From Octopus vulgaris (lineage: Eukaryota), in contig OX597823.1 in the NCBI GenBank assembly GCA_951406725.2, positions 310,001-374,000 on the forward strand: 64,000 nt of DNA, given 5' to 3'. The notes under the pieces were generated by a model. The model was not told the DNA's origin, ran no database searches, and was given only the letters and a program-made list of their open reading frames with translations. A program made the position numbers and the translations under genes. Shown piece by piece: positions 1 to 13,721 of this stretch. Numbering within the stretch: the stretch's first letter is position 1; each line of letters begins with the position of its first letter.

Positions 1-361
1 TGCTAACGATTCTGCCAGCTCATTGCCGCCTTATTATTATTATTATTATTATTATTTTCATTAGCATTTTCTTTCAATTCTGCTTCTATTTCTTGCCAAG
101 TGTCTTCCTGACACCTAGGGCAGAGAAACGTACTGTACCCATTGGCAAGGCATCAAAACAAACACACCAGATTGTTCATTTACAGAATCATGTGTTAGAG
201 AAAAAGGGGAAGACAGAGAGAAAAAATAAAAAATAAAAAAGTAAACAAATAAAATAAAGGGGGAAGAAAGAAAATTGACCCTAACAATGCTCTTTGCAAT
301 ATGTGTGACAAGTTACCAGTTAAGACAATCTTTTGCACTTCCTGCATTATTATTATTATTA

Positions 362-556
362 ATTTCAAACTTTGGCCTGAAATTTTGGGGTAAGGACCTA
401 GTCAATGACATTAACCCCAGTGCTCAACTGGTACTTAGGTCATTGACCCTGAAAGGATAAAAGGCAAAGCCGACCTCAACAGAATTTGAACTCAGACTAT
501 AAAGACGGGCAAAATACCCGTAAGCATTTTGTCCAGATTCTGCCAACTTGCCACAG
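362..556 (-). mobile_element. tRNA-derived SINE with Meta-like central domain
   Basis: Reverse complement of the GGCAAGCTGGCAGAATC head, GAGTTCAAATTC B-box and GCCTTTCATCCTTTCGGGGTC core; flanked by (TTA)n and (TAG)n. A partial head also lies at 1-30. Confidence 0.8.
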
Positions 557-572
557 TAATAATAGTAGAAGC

Positions 573-609
<37 letters not shown>

Positions 610-829
610 AAAAGAAGAAGAAGAAGAAGGAGCAGGAGACGGAAAAGAGCAAGTTTTTTGATGAGAGGCATTGGCTGATAACATCAACCCCTACTTGACT
701 GGGATTTTATTTTGTCAAATGATAAAAGAATGAGGGATAATAGTAAAGGTTTTAGAGAACACCCATTTTAGGTATAGCATAACACTTACAAAATGTTTAC
801 CAGCACCCCAGAATCCTCTTTCTTATTTA

Positions 830-990
830 ATGTCCCCTTTTCTCTGCTGGCATGGGTTTGACAGGAACCAATGAGCTGGAGGGCTGCACTGAGTTCCAAT
901 GTCTGCTTTGGCATGGTTTCTATGGCTGGATATCCTTCCTAATGCCAACCACTATACAAAGTGTACTAGATGCTTTTTTTGTGGCATCAG
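830..990 (-). mobile_element. degenerate RTE LINE 3' tail
   Basis: GCATGGGTTTGAC...GGCTGGATATCCTTCCTAATGCCAACCAC, shared with the other RTE tails in the window. Confidence 0.7.
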
Positions 991-1403
991 TGAGGTTACC
1001 TTGCAAGACAAGACCCCCTAATTGAGTCGGGTATAGTACTGAAGCATGTGAAAGTATGATGGAGAGACAGGAATAAGTGTCTAGCCGAAAGAGTCAATGC
1101 AGATTTTGTTTCCACACTTGGAATTTCAATTCTAATTCTACTACAGTTTCAGCTACAAGAAGAGGGTCAACAACATTATTTTATAGTCCTCTATTATGGC
1201 CTAGAGGATTATGACAAATTATTGCCAACTCTTAGCTTATTGGCAACATCTTTGTACATGACTTCAACCACTCTCACCAGTCATTCATCAAACAGCTTCT
1301 GCAGTAACCAGCAGATCAAGAAGCCAGAAAATCTCATCTCATTACATCAGCAAAGCAGAAAGAAAAGACAAATTCAAAATAAAAATCTCCAATAAATACT
1401 TAC

Positions 1404-1646
1404 TCATCTGATTTTTCTGATTTGTTACTATCAGCCCAGGTCATCCTGGATTTATAATCACATGGTAACGTTGACCTTAAAGATCCATCACAACGATTAA
1501 AATTTTGGTAAGAGTTTGAGGAGCCTGCTGCAAAGGTATGAGACTTGGGTAGGTTCCGACAACCATCGATGGTATTACGTTCCTCTGATATTGTACTTCT
1601 CGTAACACCACCAACGGTTCGCCGAGCGTACCGCTTGCTAGGTGAC
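1404..1646 (-). CDS. PTPN4: PTPN4-like exon (end of FERM-adjacent domain and linker)
   Basis: ttccag|G TCA CCT...GAT GA|gtaagt. 243 nt encoding (R)SPSKRYARRTV...KSEKSD; continues the RSPSK motif in phase across the 27.6-kb intron. Confidence 0.88.
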
Positions 1647-2849
1647 CTGGAAATTAACAAAGAAAGAAACAATTCTGATAAAAGAAAAACCAAAAACAAG
1701 AATCAATTGTTAAAAAACAGAAAAATGAATCAAATAATTAAAACTAACAAATGAAAATATAATTACACGGTCAATGGAAAACTGGAATAAATTTTACATG
1801 CAAGAAATCAGTTATTGATTCTACATTGTTCAAGTCTATAAAAATAAAAAATACAAACACATATTTCTATGCATTTATGATTTTTCACATGGGTTCAGAA
1901 CTGGTTTTATTATAAAGTGGTGCAATAAATAGAAAGAGGACTGATCATAATGTATAATTATTTAAATTACAAAAGCAGGGGGATTAAATGTAACGATTAT
2001 CCTGGTTGGATCTGAATTGAAAAATATGAGACACTCTGCTAGATTCTATCAAGTCAACCTGTTTATCATTTGCATCTTCAACTAGATGAAATTTGCAAGA
2101 AGTTTAAATGCACAAGTCCCCAATATCCAGAAGGGCACCCAGGAGTCATTACCTGGATGCTCCCCAGCCCCCTTAGGGTGTAGGAAGTTAAGGGCCAAAA
2201 CACATGCCTGAGATGAGTTTCTCCTCTGAAGACCTGCTCTTCAGCTCTGTTGGGAGTCTTTTTTACCACTTTGCATCAGCTCTATTAACTTTAATTTTTT
2301 GTAATAGAAACATGAAGCATTTGAAGCAAGTGATATTGTGGAAGACTGACATCAATGCCATTCCCAAGGACACCAACTTAGCAAGCAGTTCTAAGTAATA
2401 ATTGAAACCATTTTAAGAGGAGAACTGGACATAAACACTGAAAGATCTAAGTAGACGGTTGGTGTAAGAAGTCCTCATGCCAAATGCAGACAGGTGGTTT
2501 TGTTGAACTCACTGACAAGATGATGAGTTTTATTAATCTAATTTTCAGGTGAAAATTAAAGGTGTATAGACAAATGACTGAACTGTATTGATAAAATAAA
2601 TGAAGTCTGGTTATCATTATAAATGTCAATAACACAATATTATTGAAATGCTCAAAGGATCTTTCTCTTGTTAGTCACTTGGTAACCATGTCTCGTTCCA
2701 TTTTGAAAACATCTACTCCAGCTTATGCAGATTTCTTAATTTTTGTAGCAGGGCATTGAAGAAATTAGGGGCCATTGAACCATAGACTACCTCAGTACCT
2801 GATACTGAATTTAGATGGAGTGGATGCTACCTTTGATACAATACAATGC

Positions 2850-4250
2850 TGGCCAGTTCTGGCAGTTGTATAACATTCAATGCCGAAATTAGGTACTAGC
2901 CCTTCTAGAGTTTTCCATATGCAGATTATTACGTAACGGCCGTGCCTTTGCTCTAAGGAGTAAAGTTGCATGTTTGTCTCAGCCTATGCTTGTAGCCACC
3001 CACTGCACTGTTTCAATCCTTTTAGTGGTGTTGGACTGTTTCAAGCTCCGCTGTTAGTTGGGCACTATGTGGTGACCATAATTGGGAGCAGTAGTCCAGG
3101 TGGCTGAGAACAAAGGTTCTCCACAGGGTCAACTTAGTTTCTTGGTCTCTTGTCTTGAAAGACCTCAGTATCCATCCTACCAGTTATCTGCACTTTGCTG
3201 CCATCTTGCTAATGTGCATATAAAATGATGTGTTATTGCACATACTAATCCCCAAGTCTTTCACTGCCTCTGACTCTGGGATTGTAGTGCCTTTGGGTCC
3301 TCTATATGCAGGCTGTAGTGCATTCATGAGTTGATAGTGCAGTGATTGAAACTTTCCAGTATTAAACTGCATGTTGTTTATTTCAGCCCACTTGTGCAGG
3401 AAATTCAGGTCCTGCTGTAAGCTTGCGACGTTATCTTAATTTTTTTATTGCCTATGATCATTTTGTATTATTAGCATAGCTAGGGACAGTGGCTGTCTGA
3501 GTGACTGTGGGCATGTCTAAGAAAACTATTATGAACAGTAATGGCTCCAGAACAGTTAGGATTTGAGTTTCCTCAGAAAGGGCACCATTGGTTGCAACTG
3601 CATGACTTCAGTCTCTGAGGAAGTCATGCAGCCACTCTCCCAGTTTATCAGCAATGCCAAGGTCTCACAGCTTACGACATATCATGCCATGATCTACTTG
3701 ATCAAATGTCTTTTCAAAGTAAAAGTATATCATGCTGACATCCGAACGGTCAAGTAGCTGTTTGAAAATCCAGTCATAGTACTATAGGAGTTCTGGATGA
3801 AAGCCATGCTGTGCATTGTTCAGTAGATCATTTTCTTCTAGGAACATTATTAACCTCTTTCTGATGATCTACCAAATAACTTGACTGATATGCGAAGTCA
3901 GAGAGATTGGCCTGTAGTTTTTGGCCTCTGGTTGCTTCCACCTTTGTGGACATGGCATATAATGCCTTCTTTTAGCTTTTTAAGAAGTTTACCACTTACA
4001 AGGAAACTTTGGAATATCTGAAGTGGTTTCCTTAAAGTGTGCTTACATGGTTTCAGCAGAATAGCTGGAAAGCCATCAGGACCAGTTGCGGAGCCTGAGC
4101 TAATTTCATCAATGGCTGCTGATACCACTGTCTTCTCAATGCTGATGTAATTGATGGTTGGTGCCTCTCTTTTTAGAGATGCAATATTAAAAATTCAGGC
4201 AGGTTTTTTCATCAGCATGTCTCCAAGAGGTGAAGTAAAGACTCTTCTAA
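2850..4250 (-). mobile_element. degenerate CR1-group/Proto2-like LINE RT fragment
   Basis: Broken ORFs SATGPDGFPAILLK and MQFNTGKFQSLHY...VKDLGI, homologous to the LINE at 58.5-62.5 kb. Confidence 0.8.
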
Positions 4251-4261
4251 ATTATATAACT

Positions 4262-4630
4262 TTGGTTCCAGGTTCAGTCCCCCTGCGTGGTACTTTGGGC
4301 AAGTGTCTTCTGCTACAGCCTTGGGCTGACCAAAGCCTTGTGAGTGGAAACTGAAAGAAGCCCGTTGTATATGTGTGCTTAGCACCTTGTGGGTAGTAAA
4401 GAAATATGTACATGTGTGTGTGTATCTGTGTTTGTCCCGTCACTGGTGCGTGACAACTGATGTTGGTGTGTTTACGTACCCGTACCTTAGTGGTTCGGCA
4501 AAAGAGACTGAGAAAATAAGTACTTTGCTTACAAAGAATTAGTCCTAGGGGCAATTTGTGCGACTAAAGACAGTGCTCCAGCATGGCCGCAGTCAAATGA
4601 CTGAAACAAGTAAAAGAGTAAAAGAAAAAG
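4262..4630 (+). mobile_element. CORE-like tRNA SINE (5'-truncated)
   Basis: GGTTCAGTCCC B-box, TTGGGCAAGTGTCTTCT core, tail GTGCTCCAGCATGGCCGCAGTC...(GTAAAAGA)n. Confidence 0.8.
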
Positions 4631-4641
4631 AATATATATAA

Positions 4642-4679
<38 letters not shown>

Positions 4680-4689
4680 CATACACACA

Positions 4690-6090
4690 TATCATCATCA
4701 TCATCATCATCTTCATTGTCATTTAACATCTGCATTGCATGCTGGCATAGGTTTGACGGTTTGACTGAGAGCTGCCAAGCCAGAAGGCTGCACCAGGCTC
4801 CAATGCAATCAGGCAGAATTTCTACAGCTGCATATCCTTCCTAACACCAACCACTCTAAAAGTGTAGTGGCTGCTTTTTATGTGCCACTGGCAGGAGGGC
4901 CATCAGGCGGTACAGGCATCGACCATCCTTAAATGGTGCTTTTTATGTGCCACCGGCATAGGACCGGCCAACTGGCAGTGATATCGACCACGCTCGAATG
5001 GTGCTTTTTTTATGTGCCACCAGCATGGGTGCCAGTCAGGCTGTCATCAGCCACGACAACGACTTCACTTGCCTCCACAGGTCTTCGCAAGCGCAGTTTA
5101 TTGCCCAATGATTGAAGGGTACTCTTAAATGGGCTGGTTATGCTGCACTGGCATAGGCCACGGTTACGGTCTCACTTGGCTTGCCAGGTCTTCTCAAGCA
5201 CAGCATGTTTCCAAAGGTCTCAGTCACTAGTCATTGCCTCTGTGAGGCCCAGCATTCGAAGGTCATGCTTCACCACCTCATCCCAGGTCTTTCTGGGTCT
5301 ACCTCTTCCACAGATTCCCTCAATCCCTCAACTGCTAGGGTGTGACACTTTTTTCCACAGCTGTCCTCATCCATACACAACACATGACCATACCAGTGCA
5401 GTCGTCTCTTTTGCACATCACATCTCATGCTTCTTATGTCCAACTTTTCTCTCAGGGTGCTTACACTCTGTCGAGTATGCACACTGACATTATACATCCA
5501 GTGGAGCATACTAGCTTCATTCCTTGCAAGCTTACGCATGTCCTCAGCAGTCACGGCCCATGTTTCACCTTTTACTCTGAGCAAGAGGCCCTTTGTCACC
5601 AGCAGAAGTAGAAGCTCTCTGAAGTTTGCCCAGGCTATTCTTATTCTAGCAGCTACACTCTTAGAGCATCCATTCCCACTACTGACTTGGTCACCTAGGT
5701 AATGGAAGCTATCAACTACTTGTAGTATTTTCCACAGGTATGTGATGGAAGTTGTTTTCTGCACATTTTCAGTGTTTATTGCTCCTGAGCATCTGCCACA
5801 TAAAAAAAAAACTATCTTCCCAGTTTGCCTTCCTTTGATATTGCTGCACCTCTTATGTGTCCATAACTTACACCAGGTACATCTTATACAGTTTCTACCT
5901 ATGCCTTTTCTACAGATTGAGCAGGGCCATCTACTGGAAGGGATTTGTGGTTTGTCTGCCTTCCTACTTATTAAGACCTTGGTTTTTGCTAGATTGACAC
6001 TGAGGCCCTTCGATTCTAGACCTTGCATCCACACATGAAACTTCTCATCTAGTTCTAAGAGTGACTCAGCTATTAGAGCAAGGTCATCAT
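4690..6090 (-). mobile_element. 5'-truncated RTE LINE
   Basis: RT C-terminus (DDLALIAES...YLGDQVSS...GRPRKTW), hairpin-array 3' UTR, (GAT)n tail; TA tracts on both sides. Confidence 0.92.
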
Positions 6091-6259
6091 ATATATATAT
6101 ATGTGATGTGTATGTATATATATATATATATATATTATAATGAATACATATATATAGAGATACATTATATATAATATACGCCTGGTGCAGCCATCTGGTT
6201 CACCAGTCCTCAGTCAAATGGTCCAACCCATGCTAGCATGGGTTGGACGATTTGACTGG

Positions 6260-7250
6260 CACTTGGTGAAGAATTGAGTTTGATATAGCTACCCTCATTT
6301 ACACCTCTTGCTGTGAGGTAGGTTCATCTGGGACTCTCGACAGGAAAAGGTCCTGCTTTGATTTAAAAACCCCTACATCTACCTTGTGCAAGTTCCTCAG
6401 ACTCTTTGGGAGAATATTAAAAAGCTGTGGGTCCTTGAAATCCAGGCTGTTGCAGTAACTGGTCCTGAAGCGCGATGGCGTTGCTGGGATCTTTGGCACT
6501 ATGCAGTGTTGTCCCATTCTGGCATTGGTGTAGCTTTCAATGGGCATATTATTCCCTCCTTCAGCTTGCTTGGCAGTTTGCCATTTGTAAGAAAGCTCTG
6601 GAAGAGAATTTTGAGGGGCTTTACCAGGACATGCTTCCACGATGTAAGGAGGACTGCTGGGAAACCATCAGGACCAGCAGTTGAGTTTGTGTCCACTTCA
6701 TCTATGGCTAGTAGTATATCTTCTTCGCTAATGTCAATGTATTGCATTGTAACTGCTTCACTGGTTATAGGTGAGGTGGCAAAGAAGTCCACTGGTTCAT
6801 TCATTTGTCTGTGTTCCAACGGAGTGATAAAGACACTTTTGAACTGGTCATTCAGTATCTCACTGATCTTAGTTGGACTGTCTGTGAGGGAGCCATCCTT
6901 TTGGAGGAGGGGTCCTGTCTTGCAGTGTACTGAAGCTGTTTCTTTCGCATAATGAAAGAAGGCCTTTGGGTTTGACTTAAGGTTTTTTATAACCCAGGCT
7001 TCTTTGTCTGCTTTCTCCCTCACATAGGATTGTTGCAGCCTTTTTTTGATCTACATCAGTGTTGTCTTTAGGCGGGACATTTCGCTACTTTTGGGATGTT
7101 GGTTGAGTTGATTTGCAACCTTCATCCGTTGTCTCATGAGGATCTTCCTCTCCCTTGGAATCTTGTTCCTATTTGTTTTGGTCGTGTGCTCTGGGACATA
7201 TTTCTGGCATATGGCTTGCACAACAGACACAAAACATTCTAGTTTCACGT

Positions 7251-7253
<3 letters not shown>
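6260..7253 (-). mobile_element. internally deleted Proto2/CR1-like LINE
   Basis: ORF NPKAFFHYAK...GPDGFPAVLL...KEGIICP joins directly to the 3' segment SYTNAR...VPDEPTS near 6538; the RT core is absent. Confidence 0.85.
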
Positions 7254-7312
<59 letters not shown>

Positions 7313-7404
7313 GCATACATATACATATATACATAAAGATAACAAAGTGAAGTTGGAAATATATATGAAAGAAGGTTTGAAAATGCAATTTTAAAAGATG
7401 TTTA

Positions 7405-7452
7405 TTCACTTGACCGGTTTCACTTTTTTAGAAAAAGATTGTCAAAAGTAAA
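7405..7452 (-). ncRNA. minimal type I hammerhead ribozyme, U3:A8 variant
   Basis: TTTACTT-TTGACAA-TCTTTTTCTAAAAAAGT-GAAAC-CG-GTC-AAGTGAA: 7-bp stem I and palindromic ACCGGT stem III. Confidence 0.7.
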
Positions 7453-7647
7453 ATGCAAAAGCTTTGTTGTATTAAGTACTGGTTGTCACAAAATATTACA
7501 ATACATATATACATTCTTTGATAATAAGAAAATGCTAAAAACAGTTTACAAGGAAAAATCTAGAGAAAATATTAAAAAGTTTATTAAAAATATTAGGATT
7601 TCATAAAAAATAAGATTGTCAAAAGTAAAATTTGAAAGCTTTTACAT

Positions 7648-7695
7648 TTTACTTCTGACAATCTTTTCCTAAAAAAGTGAAACCGGTCAAGTGAA
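7648..7695 (+). ncRNA. minimal type I hammerhead ribozyme, C3.A8 mismatch copy
   Basis: TTTACTT-CTGACAA-TCTTTTCCTAAAAAAGT-GAAAC-CG-GTC-AAGTGAA; the inverted partner of 7405-7452. Confidence 0.65.
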
Positions 7696-7737
7696 TAGAC
7701 ATCTTTTAAAACTGCATTTTCAAACCTTCTTCCATAT

Positions 7738-7791
<54 letters not shown>

Positions 7792-7824
7792 TTATATATA
7801 TATACACATATATATACACACACA

Positions 7825-7857
<33 letters not shown>

Positions 7858-7894
7858 TACTTATATATATATACACATATATATAACACACACA

Positions 7895-7946
<52 letters not shown>

Positions 7947-7947
<1 letters not shown>

Positions 7948-8594
7948 ATCATAAGGGTACACGAAGCATCTACCTGCTAGAAAGTGGAGTGAAAAGCCTT
8001 AACCACCAATGACACTGAAAAATTCAACAGATAGCAACAGTTGTTAGGCAAATGAGCAAAAAAAAAAAAAACTTTGGCATACCATCACAACTTAATACTA
8101 TATAGTTTGGTGTTTAGATATACTTGCATCATGATTTCAAGTTTTGGCGAAAAACCTTAACTCTCTTCAGCAAGTCTTACCATATTGTTGTTGTTATCAA
8201 TTTATATTTATCACAGATAGTAGTAACAATAATAATATCTTTACAAAATATTTGCTTTTGAATATTTTACTGCTTATTAGAAATATTTTTGCACTGAATT
8301 TGTTACGAAACAATTCAGAATGCCCAGCAGACTTCAATGCGATAATTTGAACTTTTCATTTGTTAAGACTTGCTGAAGAGAGTTAAGATTTCTTGCCAAA
8401 ACACCAAATCATGATGCAAGTGTATCCAAACACCAAATGATATAATATTAAGCTGTGATGGTATGTCAACATTTTTTTGCTTGGTTGCCTGACAACTGTT
8501 GTTATCTGTAGAATCTTTCAGAGTCATTGGTGGTTAAGTTCAGAATATTAACTCTACTTTCTAGTAGGTAGGCACTTCACGTGCCCTTATGATA
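7947..8594. repeat. foldback element with ~230-bp imperfect inverted arms
   Basis: TATCATAAGGGTACACG...CTCTCTTCAGCAAGTCTTA (7947-8179) is mirrored at 8363-8594. Confidence 0.9.
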
Positions 8595-9234
8595 AATATA
8601 AATTTTAATTGCATAGCTATCTAATGCTATTAATGCCTGCAGCCTCCCATATTATTGTTGTTATCAATTTATATTTATCACAAATAGTAATAACAATAAT
8701 AATATTTTTATAAATATTCACTCCATAGTATATGGATATGTGAGTGTGTGTGTATGTATATGTACATATACATATACATATATATATATATATATTATAG
8801 AGTGATTCTCATCATTATTGTTCAGCAAGTGTCCATAGTAAATCCAAACTGAAATATCAGTGAATTCTTGATGATTTCTCTACCACTGTCTGCAGAGTTA
8901 AAATAACGAGGAGCATATTGTCAGGATCCCAGTAACAGTTGGTCTCTAACATTTTGGGAAATGTTTCCAATGTAAGGAATAATGGTAACAGCTTGTAATC
9001 TTCTGCCTAAGTTTTACAAAAGTCATACAATTCTCCTTATCTAACCTCAATGTGACCACTACTGCTTGACAACTAATCAATTACAGAATGTTGAAGTTAA
9101 ACAAACTACCAATTCTTTTGCCAAGCCGACACAGGTAAATGAGTGAGTGACAATATTCTAGATACCAGGATTCAAGCTTCACCTAATTTGACCCAAGATA
9201 GAGTTCATTAATTAATAACAATAATAATAACTAG

Positions 9235-9735
9235 ACAGTAACTCTCCTGGCTTCTGATCTTCACTGATTGGATGTGTTATCATGTACATTGCTTTGTCTT
9301 GGTATAAAAGTTGGGCTACAGCAAATATTCTGCTCAATACCACAGATTTGCTTGTTAGTTGTTTGACCTTAAACAGTTGACCATGTCCCTTAGTGGCTGA
9401 CGATATGTGCATCTCTGATCACGAGCAGAAGTAGTGGGGGAGCATCATAGCCATGTGTTGAGAGGGATTCTTTGGGGTTTGAATAATTCACTCTTGGAAA
9501 CATGGGTACTTTGCTCAACATCCTTAAACAAACCTTATTCAGGAACCTTTTGAGTGGGATGGGCTACTCGACCTGAAGAAAATTCTAACTAGGCCCACCT
9601 ACAAGGTCACCATGTTGCACACATATGGTTGTGATGCATCTACCTGGTGTACCTTTATCAGATGGGTATATTGGGTTTCATATATTTGTACCCCAATATC
9701 ACTTTGATGGCATGTGCTGCTCTCTCACTCAATAA
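9235..9735. mobile_element. ~500-bp non-coding interspersed element within (AAT)n
   Basis: Same sequence as 26160-26618 and 26630-27121; ends CTCTCTCACTC(AAT)n. Confidence 0.8.
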
Positions 9736-9807
9736 TAACAACAACTTCTAGCATAGGCACAAGTCAGAAATTTTGAGGGAAAATTTCAGTAATAATAATT
9801 ATAATAA

Positions 9808-10012
9808 TGGTTTCAAATTTTGGCACAAGGCCAGCAATTTTAAGAGAAAGAGTAAGTCAGTTACATTGACCCCAGTGCTGGATTGATACTTATTTTACTG
9901 AGGATGACAAGAAAAGTCGACCTCAGTGACATTTGAACTCAGAACATGAAAAGCTGGCAGAAATGCTGCCAGGCGTTTTATCTGATCGGCTAATGACTCA
10001 GTCAACTCACCA
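9808..10012 (-). mobile_element. Meta-like SINE
   Basis: Reverse complement of the SINE consensus; adjacent to (AAT)n. Confidence 0.7.
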
Positions 10013-12318
10013 ACAGTGATTATTAGAACAGCTTTGTCTAAAATTGCAAATATGAGAGAGTCATAATTTCTAAATATTGTAGCAGAGTATGTTTTGGTTG
10101 CTGCAACTAAAGCCTCATCCTGCAGTGATGCCAAAGACAAACTTGCCGACTCTACTTCATGAGAGGGATTGGGTCCAGTGCTGCAAGCTACTTACAATTG
10201 AGTACTGTACTTTCTCATAAGCCTTACATAATTAAGTAACCTTAAACAAAAAAATCTAAGAGTATAATGCAATATTTGGGCATATGGGCCTTACAGTTAG
10301 TTGTCCTATTCACATTGTCAACTCTAACAGACACATATACAACATCTAGTTAGGCACTGATTGCCTGGCACAAGTTGCACAAATATCATTTAGCAATAAG
10401 ATTTAATGCTTTCTCTCTCTCTTTTGTTTTTCTTTTCTTCTATTTTTTTTTTTTTAAACCCCAGAGGCATAATATCTACAAAGCTATCTACAAAGCTTAA
10501 TTTTGCACTACAGGAGAGAAGATCAAAAACATACATTTATAGTTAGTATCAACTAAATGGAAAAGAAAATGACTAATTGCATGCATAAGAGATGCACCTA
10601 TTGAAGACCTGATCTAGAATCCTCAAAAGAGAAAATGCAGTTACAAAAGATCTGCACATAACTGTTCAATGGAGATGCAGTTAATGAAGGCCTGCATGGT
10701 TCTTCATTCAAGATGCAATGAATAAAAAATCTTTTAGAAAAATGTAATTGAAATCTACAAACAAAATATGTTTGAGTTATTAATTTTGTGTGATGAAAGG
10801 TGTGTCAGGATGAGCCAGTGGAAGGGCAACTGATCCTGTTGCAAAGATGTGAATGTATGGTATGACCATACTGTCAAAATGTGAAGAAGTGATCCAGTGC
10901 TGTGGTGGTGAGAAAAGGTAAGGTGATCAATTCTGAAAGACAGGGTGTAATCAAGTGATGAGGTAATCTTACAGCAACGATGTGATGTTGTAATGAGGTG
11001 AGGAGCCATCAAGACACGAAGAAGAGATGAATCAATGATGTGTTGAAGTTGAATGACAAACAGGAGCAATGTTAATTTGTTTTGATGAAGTAGACAAGTC
11101 ACCACAGTTATTGGTGTAGACTTAAACAGTGAGACCCAAGGAAATAGTACTTGAGAGAGAAAAGATTAAGTTAATCTGTACAGAGGCAGCAGGGTGAGGA
11201 AAAAGAATGAAGAGAAGGACAAGCCGAGGTCAACTTAGAGAGTGAGAGGGAAAATTGCAGAGACTGAATAAATAGTGAGAGAGAGAGAATAAGAAAGAAA
11301 AAGAAATATCCAGAAAGGATGATTTTGAAGAGGAGAGATGGTATACAACCCTTAGTACAGGGGCTTAACAATAAGCAGCAAACTCCAAACTGCAAACAGT
11401 TACTGCACTTAAACCAAAACCAACAACCCTCACCCACTGCAATACTTGTGATGTAAATAGAGCTAAAAACTGTTAAAGGTGTAAATTACTGGATCACAAA
11501 TGACTGACAACAATATTTAAAAAGAAAAAAAAGGATGTTATTGATGGATGGTCATGTCTTTGCAATTGAAATTTTATGAGACTGAAAGAAATACAAATTA
11601 CAAATTGATTCAATACATCATGTCCACACACACACACATGCTTTTATAAAAGTGTGTGTGCGCACAAACACACACGCACGCACACACCGTACTATTACAC
11701 ATACATTCTGAAAACATGGAGCTTAAGTAAGACATTTACATTATTTTGAGAAAAAAAAGTTAATAAACAAAAACAAGCAAGACAATTAATATAATGAGTA
11801 GGAAAGGCAATTAGTACAACATCAGCTTCACACTGAGCAGCAGCAGTAGCAGCAGCAGTCATGTTAGCAAACACTGCTATGTAGGAAATGCTCTAATTTA
11901 GCCAAAACTTTAGCCATCTAGTCTAGAATAATACATTTTGTTTGTGAGTTGCCTTCTTTTTCACCTGGAAAACCCCAGAAAGCTAAGAGAGTGAAAGTGG
12001 GTGGGGCAAGAGGAAGAAAGGAGGACAGAGAATCTAAAAGGCAACCACAGCTTCCATCTTTAAGAATAATGAACAACTTCAATTAAATTTGTTTAGACTT
12101 TTCTTTCTTTTAAAAGGTAATTTGCATGGGTCACACCCCAGTTCAGAAACTAGTATGTTAGTTGTAGATAGAAGCCAAGAAGTACAAGGCACAATAAAGT
12201 ATCTCAGATGACTGGTGGTAAGCAGGAATTGTTCTCTGAGGTTTTAGAGAGAAATAGTAATTACTAAAGGGAAAAGGCAACACACTAAATGTGCATGTGT
12301 GGGTGTGTGAGTATGTGT

Positions 12319-12719
<401 letters not shown>

Positions 12720-13668
12720 CAAATATACATATATACAAGCACACACACACACACACACATAGAAGCTTTAAATAAACCAACAAAAAATAAATAAGAGGGT
12801 GTAAAAAAAAGGTGACTAAGGCCAACCAAATAAACAAAGAAACCAGGTAGAGTAATGGGTGCAGGTGCGAAATTATGTTTTGGAGGGGATGAATAGGTAA
12901 AATATGAAAAAAGAGAACTAAGCTTTTCTCCTATCTTTTAAGTTTTTAAGGCTATTCTACAGAAATTACAAAGTTACATACTTTCATTTTTGAAGAATAA
13001 TTGATTGAATATTTTACATCAGTAATAAAGATGGACAATCTTTTAAGAATAAAGTTTTCTAAACCTTACTCAAAATCATTCTCTCACTAGCTCAAATCTG
13101 TATTTTAAAATTAATTAAGAGTTGAGTATTTATTCATTATTAGCAATACAAGGTTTATTTTTTTAACATAATAAAATAGAAATGAGCAACCTGACAGGTC
13201 TTCTACCAGCTCACATGATCTTGTTTTAATGTTATCCTAAGACACCCACTGAGCCTACATTTCCAAATGCTAGCCAGCAAGCAAAGGGCTTTAGCTGACA
13301 TGAAAAGGACTCCTTTCACTGTTGTCACCATTCAATACTCCTATTATAGTTTAATATCCATTTTATTACATGGCTAGAATTTATTTGGAACCTTTTTTAA
13401 GGACATTTTGCATCCAGGCTCCTATTTTGACTAGAACCCTTTCTAATATAGAAACAGAAATTACATTTCACACAATTGGCCACACTGGATAGGGAGAAAA
13501 TATGCTTCATTTCATATAGTGGTCCCTTTGCAGGAATAGTGATCATGTTAAAATATACTTTGATTAGTTACTTAACTACTCGTGACAAGTCCAACAGGGC
13601 AGTTTGAACCTGAAATACTTGACTTAAACGTTTGACAATTTCAAAAGAAAGATACATTTAATAAGCAC

Positions 13669-13721
<53 letters not shown>

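Noticed and set aside
1545-1754. Plus-strand ORFs overlapping the PTPN4 exons (also 30504-30692)
   Set aside because: Antisense shadows of real exons with low-complexity tails.
10755-11437. Minus-strand ORFs of 116 and 88 aa
   Set aside because: No recognisable domain or compatible splice sites; likely decayed repeat or chance.
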